Source: an uncultured delta proteobacterium (GTDB taxonomy: Bacteria; Desulfobacterota; Desulfobaccia; Desulfobaccales; 0-14-0-80-60-11). Taken from it: a stretch of 64,000 nt of DNA. The position numbers and the translations under genes are program-made. Shown in pieces: positions 19,328 through 30,419 of this stretch (position 1 is its first letter; each line of letters starts with the position of its first letter). Location of the stretch: positions 1,024,001 to 1,088,000 of the forward strand of contig CAWETI010000003.1 in the NCBI GenBank assembly GCA_963812015.1, read 5' to 3'. The notes under the pieces are model-generated. The model was not told where the DNA came from. It was given only the letters and a program-made list of their open reading frames with translations, and ran no database searches.

Positions 19328-21985
19328 TTAGAATGACCCGCCCATGGTAAATTCCCAGGCACTGGAGCGTTCCCAAGGATGTTTCGATAAATTGTAACCC
19401 CATTCCACCCGGAGGGGACCCATGGGGGAGAACCAGCGGATGCCGAGCCCGGCGCTGGTGCGCAAAAACGGCCCAACCTCGTTGGGGCCGTAAACGTTAC
19501 CGGCATCGAAAAAGATGGTCCCATTGAGGCCCAATTTCTTATAGATCGGGAACCTGATCTCATCGTTCAATTGCAGGAAGCGGGGACCGCCGATGCGTTC
19601 ATTGGTGACGGGGTCCCGGGGGCTGATTTCAGCATATTTAAACCCCCGGATGGTGTCGATACCGCCCAGGTAGAACAGTTCGTAGGCCGGCATTTGCCCC
19701 CAATGCATCTTGTTCATCCCGCCGGCCCGGGCATGCAGCACCCCGACGAGATCCCATCCAAGGGGGAAATACCACCCACTTTCACCGATATAGCGCACAA
19801 AAGCCGTATCGCCTCCCAACCCGGCCAACTCGGTGGAGACGCTGTTGTCCGATCCCTTGGTGGGGGCGAACAGGGAATCCCGGGAATCCCGGCGGACCGT
19901 AAAGGAGGTGGCGCTGGTATTATGGATCGTGGCAGCCTGCTGCAGGACCTCGGCGGCGTTGGGTACCAGGTTGTTGAGGTGAACGTTCTCAAAGCGATAC
20001 ATCCAGAAGAGACGGGTGTACTTCCAGATCAACGGGTGGCTCAGGCGCATCGTGCTGCCCTTGCTGACCCGGGTATATTCACTGTATTGCCGCTCCCAGT
20101 TGTAGGCGTCGAGGCCGAAACCCAGGGGCCGGTCGAAGAGATAGGGCTCCACAAAGGAGAGCCGGATCCGGTGGGAAATGGTGCCGATGATTCCCTCGGC
20201 CTTGAGTGACTGGCCCCGCCCAAAGAGGTTGTTCTGGCTGATCTGCACCATCCCCACCGCTCGGTCCGCGGTACTGTAACCGGCACCGAGGCCGAAGGTA
20301 CCGGTGGGGCGCTCTTTGACCGAGATTTTCAGGTTCATGCGGTCGGGGGCGCTCCCGGGGGTGGTGGCGAAGTTCACATCTTCAAAATATTCCAGGCGCC
20401 TCAGGTTCTTGATGCTTTCTTTGAGGTTGGTGGCGTTGAACATGTCCTGCTCGTAAACCCGGAGTTCCCGGCGGATCACCTTGTCCCGGGTCTTGACATT
20501 GCCGGCGATGTCGATGCGTTCGAAATAGACCTTTTGCCCCTTATGGATGTCAAAGTTGACGTCCACCACCAATTTTTCAGCGTTCTCCTTGATGAGGGGC
20601 ACGACATCGGCATTGGCAAAACCGTGGTCGGCGTAGTAATCGGCCAAGGTCGTCAGGTCCTGCTGCAGGAGCTCCCGGCTGTAGACCTTCTCTTTGGGGA
20701 TAGCCAGCAATTTTAGAATCTTATCCTTGTCTTCCAGGAGATCGCCGGACAAATCAATCTTGCCCACCAGATATTCGGGGCCTTCTTGTATAGGGATGGT
20801 GACATAAATCCACCCACCCTTGATGTCGACCTTGGGTTCCCCGACCTTGGCCTTGATATAGCCATGGTTGTAATAAAACGCGGCGATTTTTTCCAGGTCC
20901 CGTTCCAGGACATCACGATTCAGCTTGCCCGCCCCGGTGATTAAGGAAACAAGATACACGCCCCGCTCCTTGGTTTCCATCACTTTCCGGAGTTCTTTGG
21001 CCTTGAAGGCCGTGTTGCCCTCGAACTCAATATCCTTGATGGACATTTTGCCGCCTTCATTGACATGGAGCACCAGATTGACTTCGTGTTCGGCCACCGG
21101 GACCAATTCATAGGTGATTTGGGCCTCATAAAACCCCTTTTCCCGATAGGTCTGCTGGACTTTATTGAGATCTTCCTTGATGGCGCCTTCCGAGGCCACG
21201 GAGAAGGGTTTGAGATTCATGACCTCGATGATTTTGTCCTTCTTCAGCTTGTTGTTGCCCTCCACGTGAATCTCGCGGATGGCGGGTTTTTCTTGCACCA
21301 GGACGGTCAGGACCCGCCCTTCCGGGGTGTCGTTGACATCCAGCCGGACGTCGGTGAAATAGCCCATTTTATAGATGGCTTTCAAATCTTCCCGGATGTG
21401 GGCCGGCGCCAGGGTTTCGCCTTCCCGGGTCTGCATCACGCCCAGGATGGCATCCTTTTCGATACGGCGGTTGCCCTTGACCACAATGTGGGCAATCCGT
21501 TCTTTCCCTAAAATTTTTAGACTCAGTTCCTGGGCCATTTGGCGAGAAAGGCCGGTTAAGGACTTGATTCCGGTCCCCTGGAGTTTCGTGCTGGTGGCCC
21601 CTTTCCGGCCGGTGAGGTCCAGGACCCGGCCTTCCAGGGAGAGCATGTCCCCCACCTTGAGCAAGGTGCCCCAAATGGCCATATCCGCCCCCAGCTTCCG
21701 GGCGATTTCTTGAGCCTGGGCGTCATCCAAGGGTTCCGTCAGTTGGGAGAGTCCCTTATGGAGATCTTCCTGGGAAATCATAGTGAAGCCGTCGGCTTTC
21801 AAGCGCTCTTGAATTTCCTGGCTGATCTTTACTCCCAGGTTATCCAAGGGTTCTTTGCTGGTGACGATAAAGGGGAAGACCGCGACTTTCTTAAAAACCA
21901 GTCCCTGCTCCTGGGCCCGGGCCGGCCCGCCTGCCGCCACAGCCAACAGCACCAGGAGCAATGCCACTATCAGGCGTTGTGCCAC
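19328..21985 (-). CDS. bamA: Outer membrane protein assembly factor BamA
   Basis: POTRA repeats (GNxx), KTRDKVIRRE, IRGF, SPMGP, terminal F. Confidence 0.95.
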   Translation of the reverse strand: MAQRLIVALLLVLLAVAAGGPARAQEQGLVFKKVAVFPFIVTSKEPLDNLGVKISQEIQERLKADGFTMISQEDLHKGLSQLTEPLDDAQAQEIARKLGADMAIWGTLLKVGDMLSLEGRVLDLTGRKGATSTKLQGTGIKSLTGLSRQMAQELSLKILGKERIAHIVVKGNRRIEKDAILGVMQTREGETLAPAHIREDLKAIYKMGYFTDVRLDVNDTPEGRVLTVLVQEKPAIREIHVEGNNKLKKDKIIEVMNLKPFSVASEGAIKEDLNKVQQTYREKGFYEAQITYELVPVAEHEVNLVLHVNEGGKMSIKDIEFEGNTAFKAKELRKVMETKERGVYLVSLITGAGKLNRDVLERDLEKIAAFYYNHGYIKAKVGEPKVDIKGGWIYVTIPIQEGPEYLVGKIDLSGDLLEDKDKILKLLAIPKEKVYSRELLQQDLTTLADYYADHGFANADVVPLIKENAEKLVVDVNFDIHKGQKVYFERIDIAGNVKTRDKVIRRELRVYEQDMFNATNLKESIKNLRRLEYFEDVNFATTPGSAPDRMNLKISVKERPTGTFGLGAGYSTADRAVGMVQISQNNLFGRGQSLKAEGIIGTISHRIRLSFVEPYLFDRPLGFGLDAYNWERQYSEYTRVSKGSTMRLSHPLIWKYTRLFWMYRFENVHLNNLVPNAAEVLQQAATIHNTSATSFTVRRDSRDSLFAPTKGSDNSVSTELAGLGGDTAFVRYIGESGWYFPLGWDLVGVLHARAGGMNKMHWGQMPAYELFYLGGIDTIRGFKYAEISPRDPVTNERIGGPRFLQLNDEIRFPIYKKLGLNGTIFFDAGNVYGPNEVGPFLRTSAGLGIRWFSPMGPLRVEWGYNLSKHPWERSSAWEFTMGGSF

Positions 21986-21995
21986 CTTATTCCCC

Positions 21996-22697
21996 CTATA
22001 AAACTACTGCCTTACCTTCCAGCAGAGTGATCTGTCGGTCCAGAGTTCGGGCCATCTCCAAGTTATGGGTGACGATAACCGAGGTGAGGCCCCGTTCGCG
22101 GTTCAGGTTGAGGATGAGTTCCTGCACCCGGGCCCCGCTTTTGGGATCCAGGTTACCGGTGGGTTCATCCGCCAGGAGCACCTCCGGTTCCAGCACCAGG
22201 GCCCGGGCCACCGCTACCCGCTGCTGCTCGCCACCGGACAGGGTGGAGACGCGGTGGGTCAAACGCTCTTTGAGCCCCACCCGGACTAGAATCGCCTCGG
22301 CCTTCTCCCGGGCGACCGGTTGGGGGATCCGGGCGATAAGCCCCGGCATCATTACATTTTCCAGGGCATTGAATTCAGCCAGCAGATGGTGAAACTGAAA
22401 CACGAACCCAACCTTGCGATTGCGAAAGGCCGCCAGGGAACGGTCGTCCAGGGAGAAGACGTCTTCGCCGTCCCATCGGACCTCTCCGCCGCTGGGGCGC
22501 TCCAGGGTCCCCAAGATGTGAAGCAGCGTGGATTTTCCTACCCCCGAAGCCCCCACCACGGCCAGGGTTTCTCCCTGGCGGATATCCAGGTCCACCCCGG
22601 AGAGGACTTCCACCTGGATGCCGTTATGCCTGAAGGTTTTGACCAGCTTTCTGAGCTCGATCTTAACCGGGGCCTGAAGTGTTGCCTGTTCTGTCAT
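21996..22697 (-). CDS. lolD: Lipoprotein-releasing ABC transporter ATPase
   Basis: GASGVGKST, GFVFQFHHLL, LSGGEQQR, DEPTGNLD. Confidence 0.92.
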   Translation of the reverse strand: MTEQATLQAPVKIELRKLVKTFRHNGIQVEVLSGVDLDIRQGETLAVVGASGVGKSTLLHILGTLERPSGGEVRWDGEDVFSLDDRSLAAFRNRKVGFVFQFHHLLAEFNALENVMMPGLIARIPQPVAREKAEAILVRVGLKERLTHRVSTLSGGEQQRVAVARALVLEPEVLLADEPTGNLDPKSGARVQELILNLNRERGLTSVIVTHNLEMARTLDRQITLLEGKAVVL

Positions 22698-23009
22698 GAG
22701 CTTTGCTGATTGGTAAGCCACCTTATCACTTATCCCAGGGAGCGTCAATGTGGGTTTTCGGTTTTCAGTTATCCGTTTTCGGGGGCAAATTTGCGCCTTT
22801 TTTAGCACCCTCTGGGTTATTGGATAATCCGAATCAAGAACTGTTAAATCTTATACTCTGAGAGCGAGACCCGGGGCAACCCCTGGCCGACATAAATCAG
22901 CTTACCCTGCACACCAAAACCGAATACGTCCCTCATCTTTTTTCGCAGGCGAGACATGCGACGCTAACTTACGGATAATTCAGATTTTAACCGAAAACCG
23001 AAACGAGCT

Positions 23010-24245
23010 TTACTCATAGCGAATCGCCTCCACCGGGTCCAGACGGGCTGCCTGCCAGGCAGGATAGAGGGTGGCGACGAAGCTGATGGCCATGGCCGCA
23101 ACGATGATGGCCAGCACATCCAGCCCCTGGACCGTCACCGGCAGGGTGGAAATATAATAAACATCACGGGGTAGCTTGATGAACTGGTACTTTTTCAGAA
23201 TGGCGCAGAGTCCCAGGCCCAGCCCCAGGCCGCCGGCCGTGCCCAGGGCCCCGATGACCAGACCGTTAATCATGAAAATCTGCATGATGCTCTGGCGGGT
23301 GGCCCCCATGGACTTGAGAATGGCGATGTCCCGGGTCTTCTTCATGACCATCATGAAGAGGGTGGAGGCGATGCCGAAAGCCGCCACCAAAATGATCAGG
23401 GTGAGGATGATGAACATGGCGATCTTCTCAAGCTTCAGGGCGGCGAAGAGGCTACGGTTCATCTGCATCCAGTTGCGGGTATAGAAGCCGGGGCCGAGCT
23501 TTTGCTCGATGACCGTCCCGAGCTGCTCCGCACCATAGATATCCTTGATTTCCACTTCCAGGCCGGTGACCCGATGCCCCAAACCCAGGAATTCCTGGAG
23601 GGCCGGGATGCTGGTGTAGACCAGGGAGGAGTCGAACTCGTACATGCCCGAGTGAAAGACGGCGGTGACCCGAAAGGCCTTCATCCGGGGCAACCTGCCC
23701 ATGGGCGTCAGGGTGCCCAGGGGGGAGATGATGTTCAGGTAGTCCCCCACTTTGAGGCTGAGGTTTTTGGCGAGCTCGTTGCCGACGCCGATCCGGGGCG
23801 GTTCGCCGGGTTCGCCCCCGGCCAGGTCGGCGAACTTACCCGCCACCACGTCCAGGGCCTTGGGCCCACCCTGGCGGATGGAGGCAAGGTCCAGGCCCCG
23901 GATGACTCCGCCGGAGACATTTCCCGGGGCGGAGTACATCACCTGGGTGTAGATGAAGGGGTCAGCCGAAACCACCCCAGGCATCTTCTGGATGGTGGCG
24001 GCCAGCTGGGGGGCGTCCGTGAGGCTGGCCCCGTGTTTGAGCACAATGATGTGGGCGTTGACGCTGAGGATCTTCTTCTTCAGGTCCAAATCAAAGCCGG
24101 TCATCACCCCGATGACCACGATGAGGGCCATGACCCCGACCATCACCCCGGCTACGGAGATGAAGGTGGACAGGGACAGAAAACCTTTCTGGCGTTTGAC
24201 CCCCTTGAGCAGCCGCAGGGCCACGAAAGACTCAAAGAACCCCAA
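23010..24245 (-). CDS. lolE: Lipoprotein-releasing ABC transporter permease LolC/E
   Basis: VMTGF, FHSGMYEFD, IAILKSMGA, YPAWQAARLDPVEAIRYE. Confidence 0.88.
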   Translation of the reverse strand: MGFFESFVALRLLKGVKRQKGFLSLSTFISVAGVMVGVMALIVVIGVMTGFDLDLKKKILSVNAHIIVLKHGASLTDAPQLAATIQKMPGVVSADPFIYTQVMYSAPGNVSGGVIRGLDLASIRQGGPKALDVVAGKFADLAGGEPGEPPRIGVGNELAKNLSLKVGDYLNIISPLGTLTPMGRLPRMKAFRVTAVFHSGMYEFDSSLVYTSIPALQEFLGLGHRVTGLEVEIKDIYGAEQLGTVIEQKLGPGFYTRNWMQMNRSLFAALKLEKIAMFIILTLIILVAAFGIASTLFMMVMKKTRDIAILKSMGATRQSIMQIFMINGLVIGALGTAGGLGLGLGLCAILKKYQFIKLPRDVYYISTLPVTVQGLDVLAIIVAAMAISFVATLYPAWQAARLDPVEAIRYE

Positions 24246-24250
24246 GTCCC

Positions 24251-25735
24251 TTACCTCTCCGGCCTAAGGAGCGGAAATAAAATGACGTCCCGGATCGAGG
24301 GGGAATCGGTGAGGAGCATCACCAGGCGGTCGATGCCGATGCCCTCCCCCGCGGTGGGCGGCATGCCTTGCTCCAGGGCGGTGACGAAGTCTTCATCCAG
24401 GGCGTGGGGCATCTCTTCATCGCCGGCGGAGTGAGCGGATAGTTGGGCTTCGAAGCGCTGCCGCTGGTCCAGGGGGTCGTTGAGCTCGGAGAAGGCGTTG
24501 GCCATCTCCCGCCCATTGATGAAGAGTTCGAACCGGTCCACCACCTCCGGGTCGGTATCGCTGCCCCGGGACAGGGGCGAGGTCTCCCGGGGGTAGCCCA
24601 GGATAAAGGTAGGCTGCTGGAGGCGGGCTTCCACCTTGAGGTCGAAGAGTTTCGTAAGGGCCCGGCCGTAGCCTTCACCGGGACGCAGGGTGACCCCCTC
24701 CTCGAGGGCCAAATCCACTAAAGCCTCCCGGTCCCGCACCACCTCAGGGGGAATGCCCCCGATCTCGGTGAGGGACTCCCTCAGATCCAGGCGTCGCCAG
24801 GGCGGGGTGAGGTCGATCTCGACGCCCTGGCAGGTGAGGCTAAGGGTCCCCAGAACCTCCTGAGCCACATAGGCGATTAGCTCTTCGGTTAGCCGCATCA
24901 GGTCTTCGTAGGTGGCGTAGGCCTGGTAGAACTCCAGCATGGTGAATTCGGGATTGTGCTGGATGGAGAGCCCTTCGTTGCGAAAATTCCGGTTGATTTC
25001 GAAGACCCGGTCGAAGCCGCCGATGACCAGGCGCTTCAGATAGAGTTCCGGGGCGATCCTCAGGTACAGGGTCATGTCCAGGGCCTGGTGGTAAGTGACG
25101 AAGGGCTTGGCCGTGGCGCCCCCGGGAATGGGCTGCATCATGGGGGTTTCCACTTCCAGGAAGCCCCGGGCTTCAAAAAACTTTCGCATCAGCGTTATGA
25201 TGGCGGCCCGCCTTATGAACACCTCCCGCACCTGGGGGTTGACCATCAGGTCCAGGTAGCGCTGGCGATAGCGAGTTTCTATGTCGGTGAGCCCGTGAAA
25301 CTTTTCCGGCAAGGGCAGCAGGGACTTGGTGAGCAGGACGAAACTGCTCACCGCCAGGGTGAGTTCCCCGGTTTTGGTGCGAAAGAGCGTGCCGGTAAAC
25401 CCCACGATGTCGCCCAGGTCCAGGCGCTTGAATTGGGCGAAGGCCTCCGGGCCCAGCACCTGTTTCTGGACGTAAGCCTGGAGGCGGCTGGTGCCGTCCT
25501 GGAAGTGGCAGAAGGTGGCCTTGCCGAACTCCCGGAGCAGCATCAGGCGGCCGGCCAGACGGAAGGTCTGGTTGAGGGCCTCCAGTTCGGGGCCGGCTAG
25601 GGCGCCGAATTCCTCCAGGATGGGGGCGATGGCGTGGGTGGGGACGAAGCGGTTGCAGAAGGGGTCGATCCCCTGCTCCCGCAGCTCATTAAGCTTCTGC
25701 AGACGCTGGTTGCGGATGTGGTCTGATTGAGCCAT
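24251..25735 (-). CDS. lysS: Lysine--tRNA ligase (class II)
   Basis: RYRQRYLDL, LRIAPELYLKRL, FRNEG, HNPEFTMLEFY, GIGIDRL. Confidence 0.97.
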   Translation of the reverse strand: MAQSDHIRNQRLQKLNELREQGIDPFCNRFVPTHAIAPILEEFGALAGPELEALNQTFRLAGRLMLLREFGKATFCHFQDGTSRLQAYVQKQVLGPEAFAQFKRLDLGDIVGFTGTLFRTKTGELTLAVSSFVLLTKSLLPLPEKFHGLTDIETRYRQRYLDLMVNPQVREVFIRRAAIITLMRKFFEARGFLEVETPMMQPIPGGATAKPFVTYHQALDMTLYLRIAPELYLKRLVIGGFDRVFEINRNFRNEGLSIQHNPEFTMLEFYQAYATYEDLMRLTEELIAYVAQEVLGTLSLTCQGVEIDLTPPWRRLDLRESLTEIGGIPPEVVRDREALVDLALEEGVTLRPGEGYGRALTKLFDLKVEARLQQPTFILGYPRETSPLSRGSDTDPEVVDRFELFINGREMANAFSELNDPLDQRQRFEAQLSAHSAGDEEMPHALDEDFVTALEQGMPPTAGEGIGIDRLVMLLTDSPSIRDVILFPLLRPER

Positions 25736-26001
25736 GCGATATCAGCCTAACTATGGTGCCGATGAATTGGTCCTCAAACTATAATTTTTAGATTATTCCC
25801 GGCCCTTAGTCAAGGGTTAATGGCCGACCAAGAGGGCAGCGCCTCGGCCTGGCCCGGCCCGGCTTCTGCCTTCAACGCCGGGCCAACCGGGTTTTTCTGA
25901 CCCGGGCCAGCTGATCTCCAGGAAAGATTATCCGATAATTTTCGCCTAAGTACGCAAAACTTGTGGACAGCTCGGGTTTTTGTTACTATTGGACAGCAAT
26001 T

Positions 26002-26439
26002 ATGTTTTTCTTAGAAACCTTTACCCTTGAGGTCATGACCACGGCCGGCACCGACATCCCGGACCTCACCGAGGCGGTGGCAGCGCGGGTTGAACAAACC
26101 GGGGTGGCGGAGGGGTTGCTCACCCTGTTCATCTCAGGGTCCACCGCGGCCTTGAGCACCATTGAGTTTGAGACCGGCGTGGTCAATGATTTGCGGGCGG
26201 CCATCGAGCGCCTCTTCCCCCGGGACATGCCCTATGAACACGACCGCCGTTGGGGCGACGGCAACGGTTACGCCCACGTCCGGGCCGCATTTCTCAAGCC
26301 TTCCCTCAACATTCCCGTCGCCGGGGGCCGCCTCCAATTGGGGACCTGGCAGCAGATCGTTTTGCTGGACTTTGACAACCGGCCCCGGCAGCGCCGCATC
26401 CAGGGGCAGGTTATGGGACTCAAGCCGGACCAGGGTTAA
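26002..26439 (+). CDS. yjbQ: YjbQ family (UPF0047) protein
   Basis: GSTAA, NGYAHVRA, LQLGTWQQI. Confidence 0.88.
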   Translation: MFFLETFTLEVMTTAGTDIPDLTEAVAARVEQTGVAEGLLTLFISGSTAALSTIEFETGVVNDLRAAIERLFPRDMPYEHDRRWGDGNGYAHVRAAFLKPSLNIPVAGGRLQLGTWQQIVLLDFDNRPRQRRIQGQVMGLKPDQG

Positions 26440-26465
26440 CCTCCACTCATCGTAAAATCCACCCC

Positions 26466-27452
<987 letters not shown>

Positions 27453-27505
27453 GTCGGAATGCAGGGGAGGCCCGGGCACGGCGCCCGGACCGTTGGAGCA
27501 ACCTT

Positions 27506-29935
27506 ATGTCTGATAAAGACGTACCCAAAGCCATCAGCCGAATCTTTGGCATGGGACGCAGCCTGCGCGCCAGGTTGCCCAAGACCTTCAGCCACAAAAC
27601 CGTTCTGTCCCCCTGGCAAGACCTGGGCGCCAAGGTGGCGCTGCTCCTGTTCTTAAGCCTGGTGCTGGCCCTCATCCTGTCGCCCCGGATCTCGGAGTCG
27701 CTGCACGATTACCGGTTGGGGGATGTGGCCCAGGAGAACCTCAAGGCCACCGGCCGATTCCTGGTGGAGGACGTGGAGACCACGGCCAAGCGGGAGCAGG
27801 AGCTAATGAGGCAAATGCCCCCGGTGCTTGATTTGCAGGAGCAGTTGGGGGACCAGGTGCAGCAGCGGCTTCAGCAGGCCATGGACTATATGCGGCGCAT
27901 CGCCCAGGAAGCCGTGGCGTCCCCCCAGGGGGCCGGCGCCAAATCCAAGTCCCCGGTGCCCTATAAGGTCTTCCTGGAGCACAAGTCCGAATTCGACCGC
28001 ATCCTGGGGGTCACCATCCCCAAGCCCACCTTCCACCTCCTGGCCAAAGCCGAGTTCTCCCCCTACCTGGAAGCCATGGTCAGCCAGGTGTTGGGGCAGT
28101 TTTTCCGGCAGGGGGTGATTAGCAGCCGCACCTTCCTCCAGACGGAGCCTCGGGAGATCCTGGTGCGCCGCCTGCCCTCCCGCAAGGAGACGGTGGAGCG
28201 TCCGCCCTTTGGCTTTATTGAACTGGATGAGGGGCGGAAATCCGCGGCGGGATATTGCCGGGACGTGTCCGTAGAAGTGTCCCCCGCCGACCGGTGGTTG
28301 GTGTGCGATCTGACTCAGCTCCTGCTGGTGCCCAACGTCTCCCCCAACTGGGCCGAAACCCATGAGCGCCAGCAGGTCCGCCTGCAAGAACTAAAGCCCG
28401 TTTATTTCAAGGTGAAGCGGGGCGAGATGCTGGTGCGGGAAGGCGAGCGGATTACCCCCCTGCACCTGGCCAAGTTGCAGGCCCAGAGCAAGATCTACCC
28501 CCGCAGCCGGGGCGTCCTGATATTCCTGGGGCTCTTCCTCTGCCTGGCCGCCCTCCTGGGAGTCTCCTATCACCTGGGCCGCATCACCTTGCGGCGCTTT
28601 TCCACCCGCTGGCGGGACCTGGCCTTTGTCGCGGCCCTGCTCCTGGCTGGTATCGTGCTGAACAAGGGGCTCCTGGTGCTGGGGGACAACCTGTCCCGAA
28701 ACCTCACCCTGGTGGGGGAAAACCTGGTGTACGTTCTGCCCCAGGGATTGGCCGCCATCTTTGCCGCCATGTTTATGGGGTTGGAGATGGGGGTGGGGGT
28801 GGCCTTTCTCTGCGCCACGTTCGCGGCCCTGGCGGTGGGGAAGCCCTTCCCCCTGTTCATCTACTTCGTCATTGCGGGCCTGGTGGGGGTCTGGGGGGTG
28901 AAAAGTTGCCGCCGCCGCAGCGCCTTGATCCAAACCGGCTTGTGGATCAGCCTGGCTAATATGGTCCTGGTAGTGGCCTTTAAATTGCTGGAGTTTCCCT
29001 TCACCGGCAACGACCTGCTCATCGGGGAGGCCTTCGCCCTGGGCGGCGGGGTCCTCACCGGCATCCTGGCCCTGGGGCTGACCCCCATCATGGAGTCGTT
29101 GTTCCGCTACTCTTCCAATATCCGCCTGCTGGAGCTCCTGAACCTGGACCAGCCCGTGCTCAAAGAGCTGATGCTCATCACCCCGGGGACCTATCATCAC
29201 TCCATGGTGGTGGGCCAGATGGTGGAAGCCGCGGCGGAGACCATCGGGGCCAATCCCATGCTGGCCAAGGCCGCCGCCTATTACCACGATATCGGCAAGA
29301 TCAAGAAGCCGGGCTATTTTGTGGAAAACCAGATGGGCGGGGAAAACAAGCACGAGAAGCTGGCCCCCTCCATGAGCAGCCTGATCCTTACCTCCCATGT
29401 CAAGGACGGGGTGGACCTGGCCCGGAAACACCGGCTGGGGGAGGCCATCTCGGATATCATCCGCCAGCACCACGGCACCAACATGATCAGCTACTTTTTC
29501 CACAAGGCCAAGACCCAGGCGGCCAACCCCAACCAGGTCAAGATGGAAGATTACCGCTACCCCGGGCCTCGGCCCCAAACCAAGGAAGCCGGGCTGGTGC
29601 TTCTGGCGGACCAGGTGGAGGCGGCCTCCCGGACCCTGACCGACCCGACCCCGGCCCGCATCCAGGGCATGGTCCAGAAGATCATCAACAATGTCTTCGC
29701 CGACGGCCAGTTGGATGAATGTGAGCTTACCCTGAAGGACCTGCATCACATCGCCAGGAGCTTCAACAAGATCTTGAGCGGCATCTTTCACCAGCGTATC
29801 CACTACCCCCAGTCCGTGGACAAGAAGAAGCCTCATGAAGATTTGGATAAACAACCGGCAAAGAAAAACAGTCTTAAGTCAGGAGAAGCTCAGGAAAAAA
29901 GCCGCGAAGATCTTAAACGCCTTGGGATGGCCTAA
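27506..29935 (+). CDS. 7TM-HD phosphohydrolase (PgpH-like, putative c-di-AMP phosphodiesterase)
   Basis: Extracellular domain plus TM block; PGTYHHS, YYHDIGK, HHGT, LADQVEAA; phoH-ybeY context. Confidence 0.88.
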   Translation: MSDKDVPKAISRIFGMGRSLRARLPKTFSHKTVLSPWQDLGAKVALLLFLSLVLALILSPRISESLHDYRLGDVAQENLKATGRFLVEDVETTAKREQELMRQMPPVLDLQEQLGDQVQQRLQQAMDYMRRIAQEAVASPQGAGAKSKSPVPYKVFLEHKSEFDRILGVTIPKPTFHLLAKAEFSPYLEAMVSQVLGQFFRQGVISSRTFLQTEPREILVRRLPSRKETVERPPFGFIELDEGRKSAAGYCRDVSVEVSPADRWLVCDLTQLLLVPNVSPNWAETHERQQVRLQELKPVYFKVKRGEMLVREGERITPLHLAKLQAQSKIYPRSRGVLIFLGLFLCLAALLGVSYHLGRITLRRFSTRWRDLAFVAALLLAGIVLNKGLLVLGDNLSRNLTLVGENLVYVLPQGLAAIFAAMFMGLEMGVGVAFLCATFAALAVGKPFPLFIYFVIAGLVGVWGVKSCRRRSALIQTGLWISLANMVLVVAFKLLEFPFTGNDLLIGEAFALGGGVLTGILALGLTPIMESLFRYSSNIRLLELLNLDQPVLKELMLITPGTYHHSMVVGQMVEAAAETIGANPMLAKAAAYYHDIGKIKKPGYFVENQMGGENKHEKLAPSMSSLILTSHVKDGVDLARKHRLGEAISDIIRQHHGTNMISYFFHKAKTQAANPNQVKMEDYRYPGPRPQTKEAGLVLLADQVEAASRTLTDPTPARIQGMVQKIINNVFADGQLDECELTLKDLHHIARSFNKILSGIFHQRIHYPQSVDKKKPHEDLDKQPAKKNSLKSGEAQEKSREDLKRLGMA

Positions 29936-30308
29936 AGGGGAACTGAGCCTCACCCTGATGAACGACCGGACCATGGCGCGCCTCAACCGGGAAACCTTTG
30001 GGCGGCGCGGCCCCACCAACGTCATTTCCTTCCCGGTGGACGACGTCCCTAGCCCCATTGGTCCCCCGGCGCTCCTGGGCGAAGTGGTGATTTGCCTGGA
30101 GACCACCCGCCGTCAGGCCCAGGAATTTGGCTGGCCCTGGCAAGAACTCCTCGATTTTTTTCTGATTCACGGTATATTACATCTGTTGGGCTACGACCAC
30201 GAAGAGCCCGCGGCCGCGGCGCGCATGGATGCCAGGGCCTGGGAGTTGATGGACCGGCTCTACCCCGGCCGGTCCTGGGACTTGGAGGCGACCGGAGAAA
30301 AGGTCTGA
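29835..30308 (+). CDS. ybeY: rRNA maturation endoribonuclease
   Basis: PTNVISF and HGILHLLGYDH. Confidence 0.93.
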   Translation: MKIWINNRQRKTVLSQEKLRKKAAKILNALGWPKGELSLTLMNDRTMARLNRETFGRRGPTNVISFPVDDVPSPIGPPALLGEVVICLETTRRQAQEFGWPWQELLDFFLIHGILHLLGYDHEEPAAAARMDARAWELMDRLYPGRSWDLEATGEKV

Positions 30309-30314
30309 AGCGCG

Positions 30315-30372
30315 CCGGAGGGGCGGACCTCGTTGTCCGCCCTCCGGGGGAAATCCACAGGTGCGCCCCCAT
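30315..30372. repeat. Degenerate REP doublet
   Basis: CCGGAGGGCGGAC-loop-GTCCGCCCTCCGG followed by GGTGCGCCCC; resembles 53708-53765. Confidence 0.55.
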
Positions 30373-30419
30373 TATGAAGAAAAAGATAAGCGAAGAATGA
30401 GTTTTCAAGGAGGATCTGC

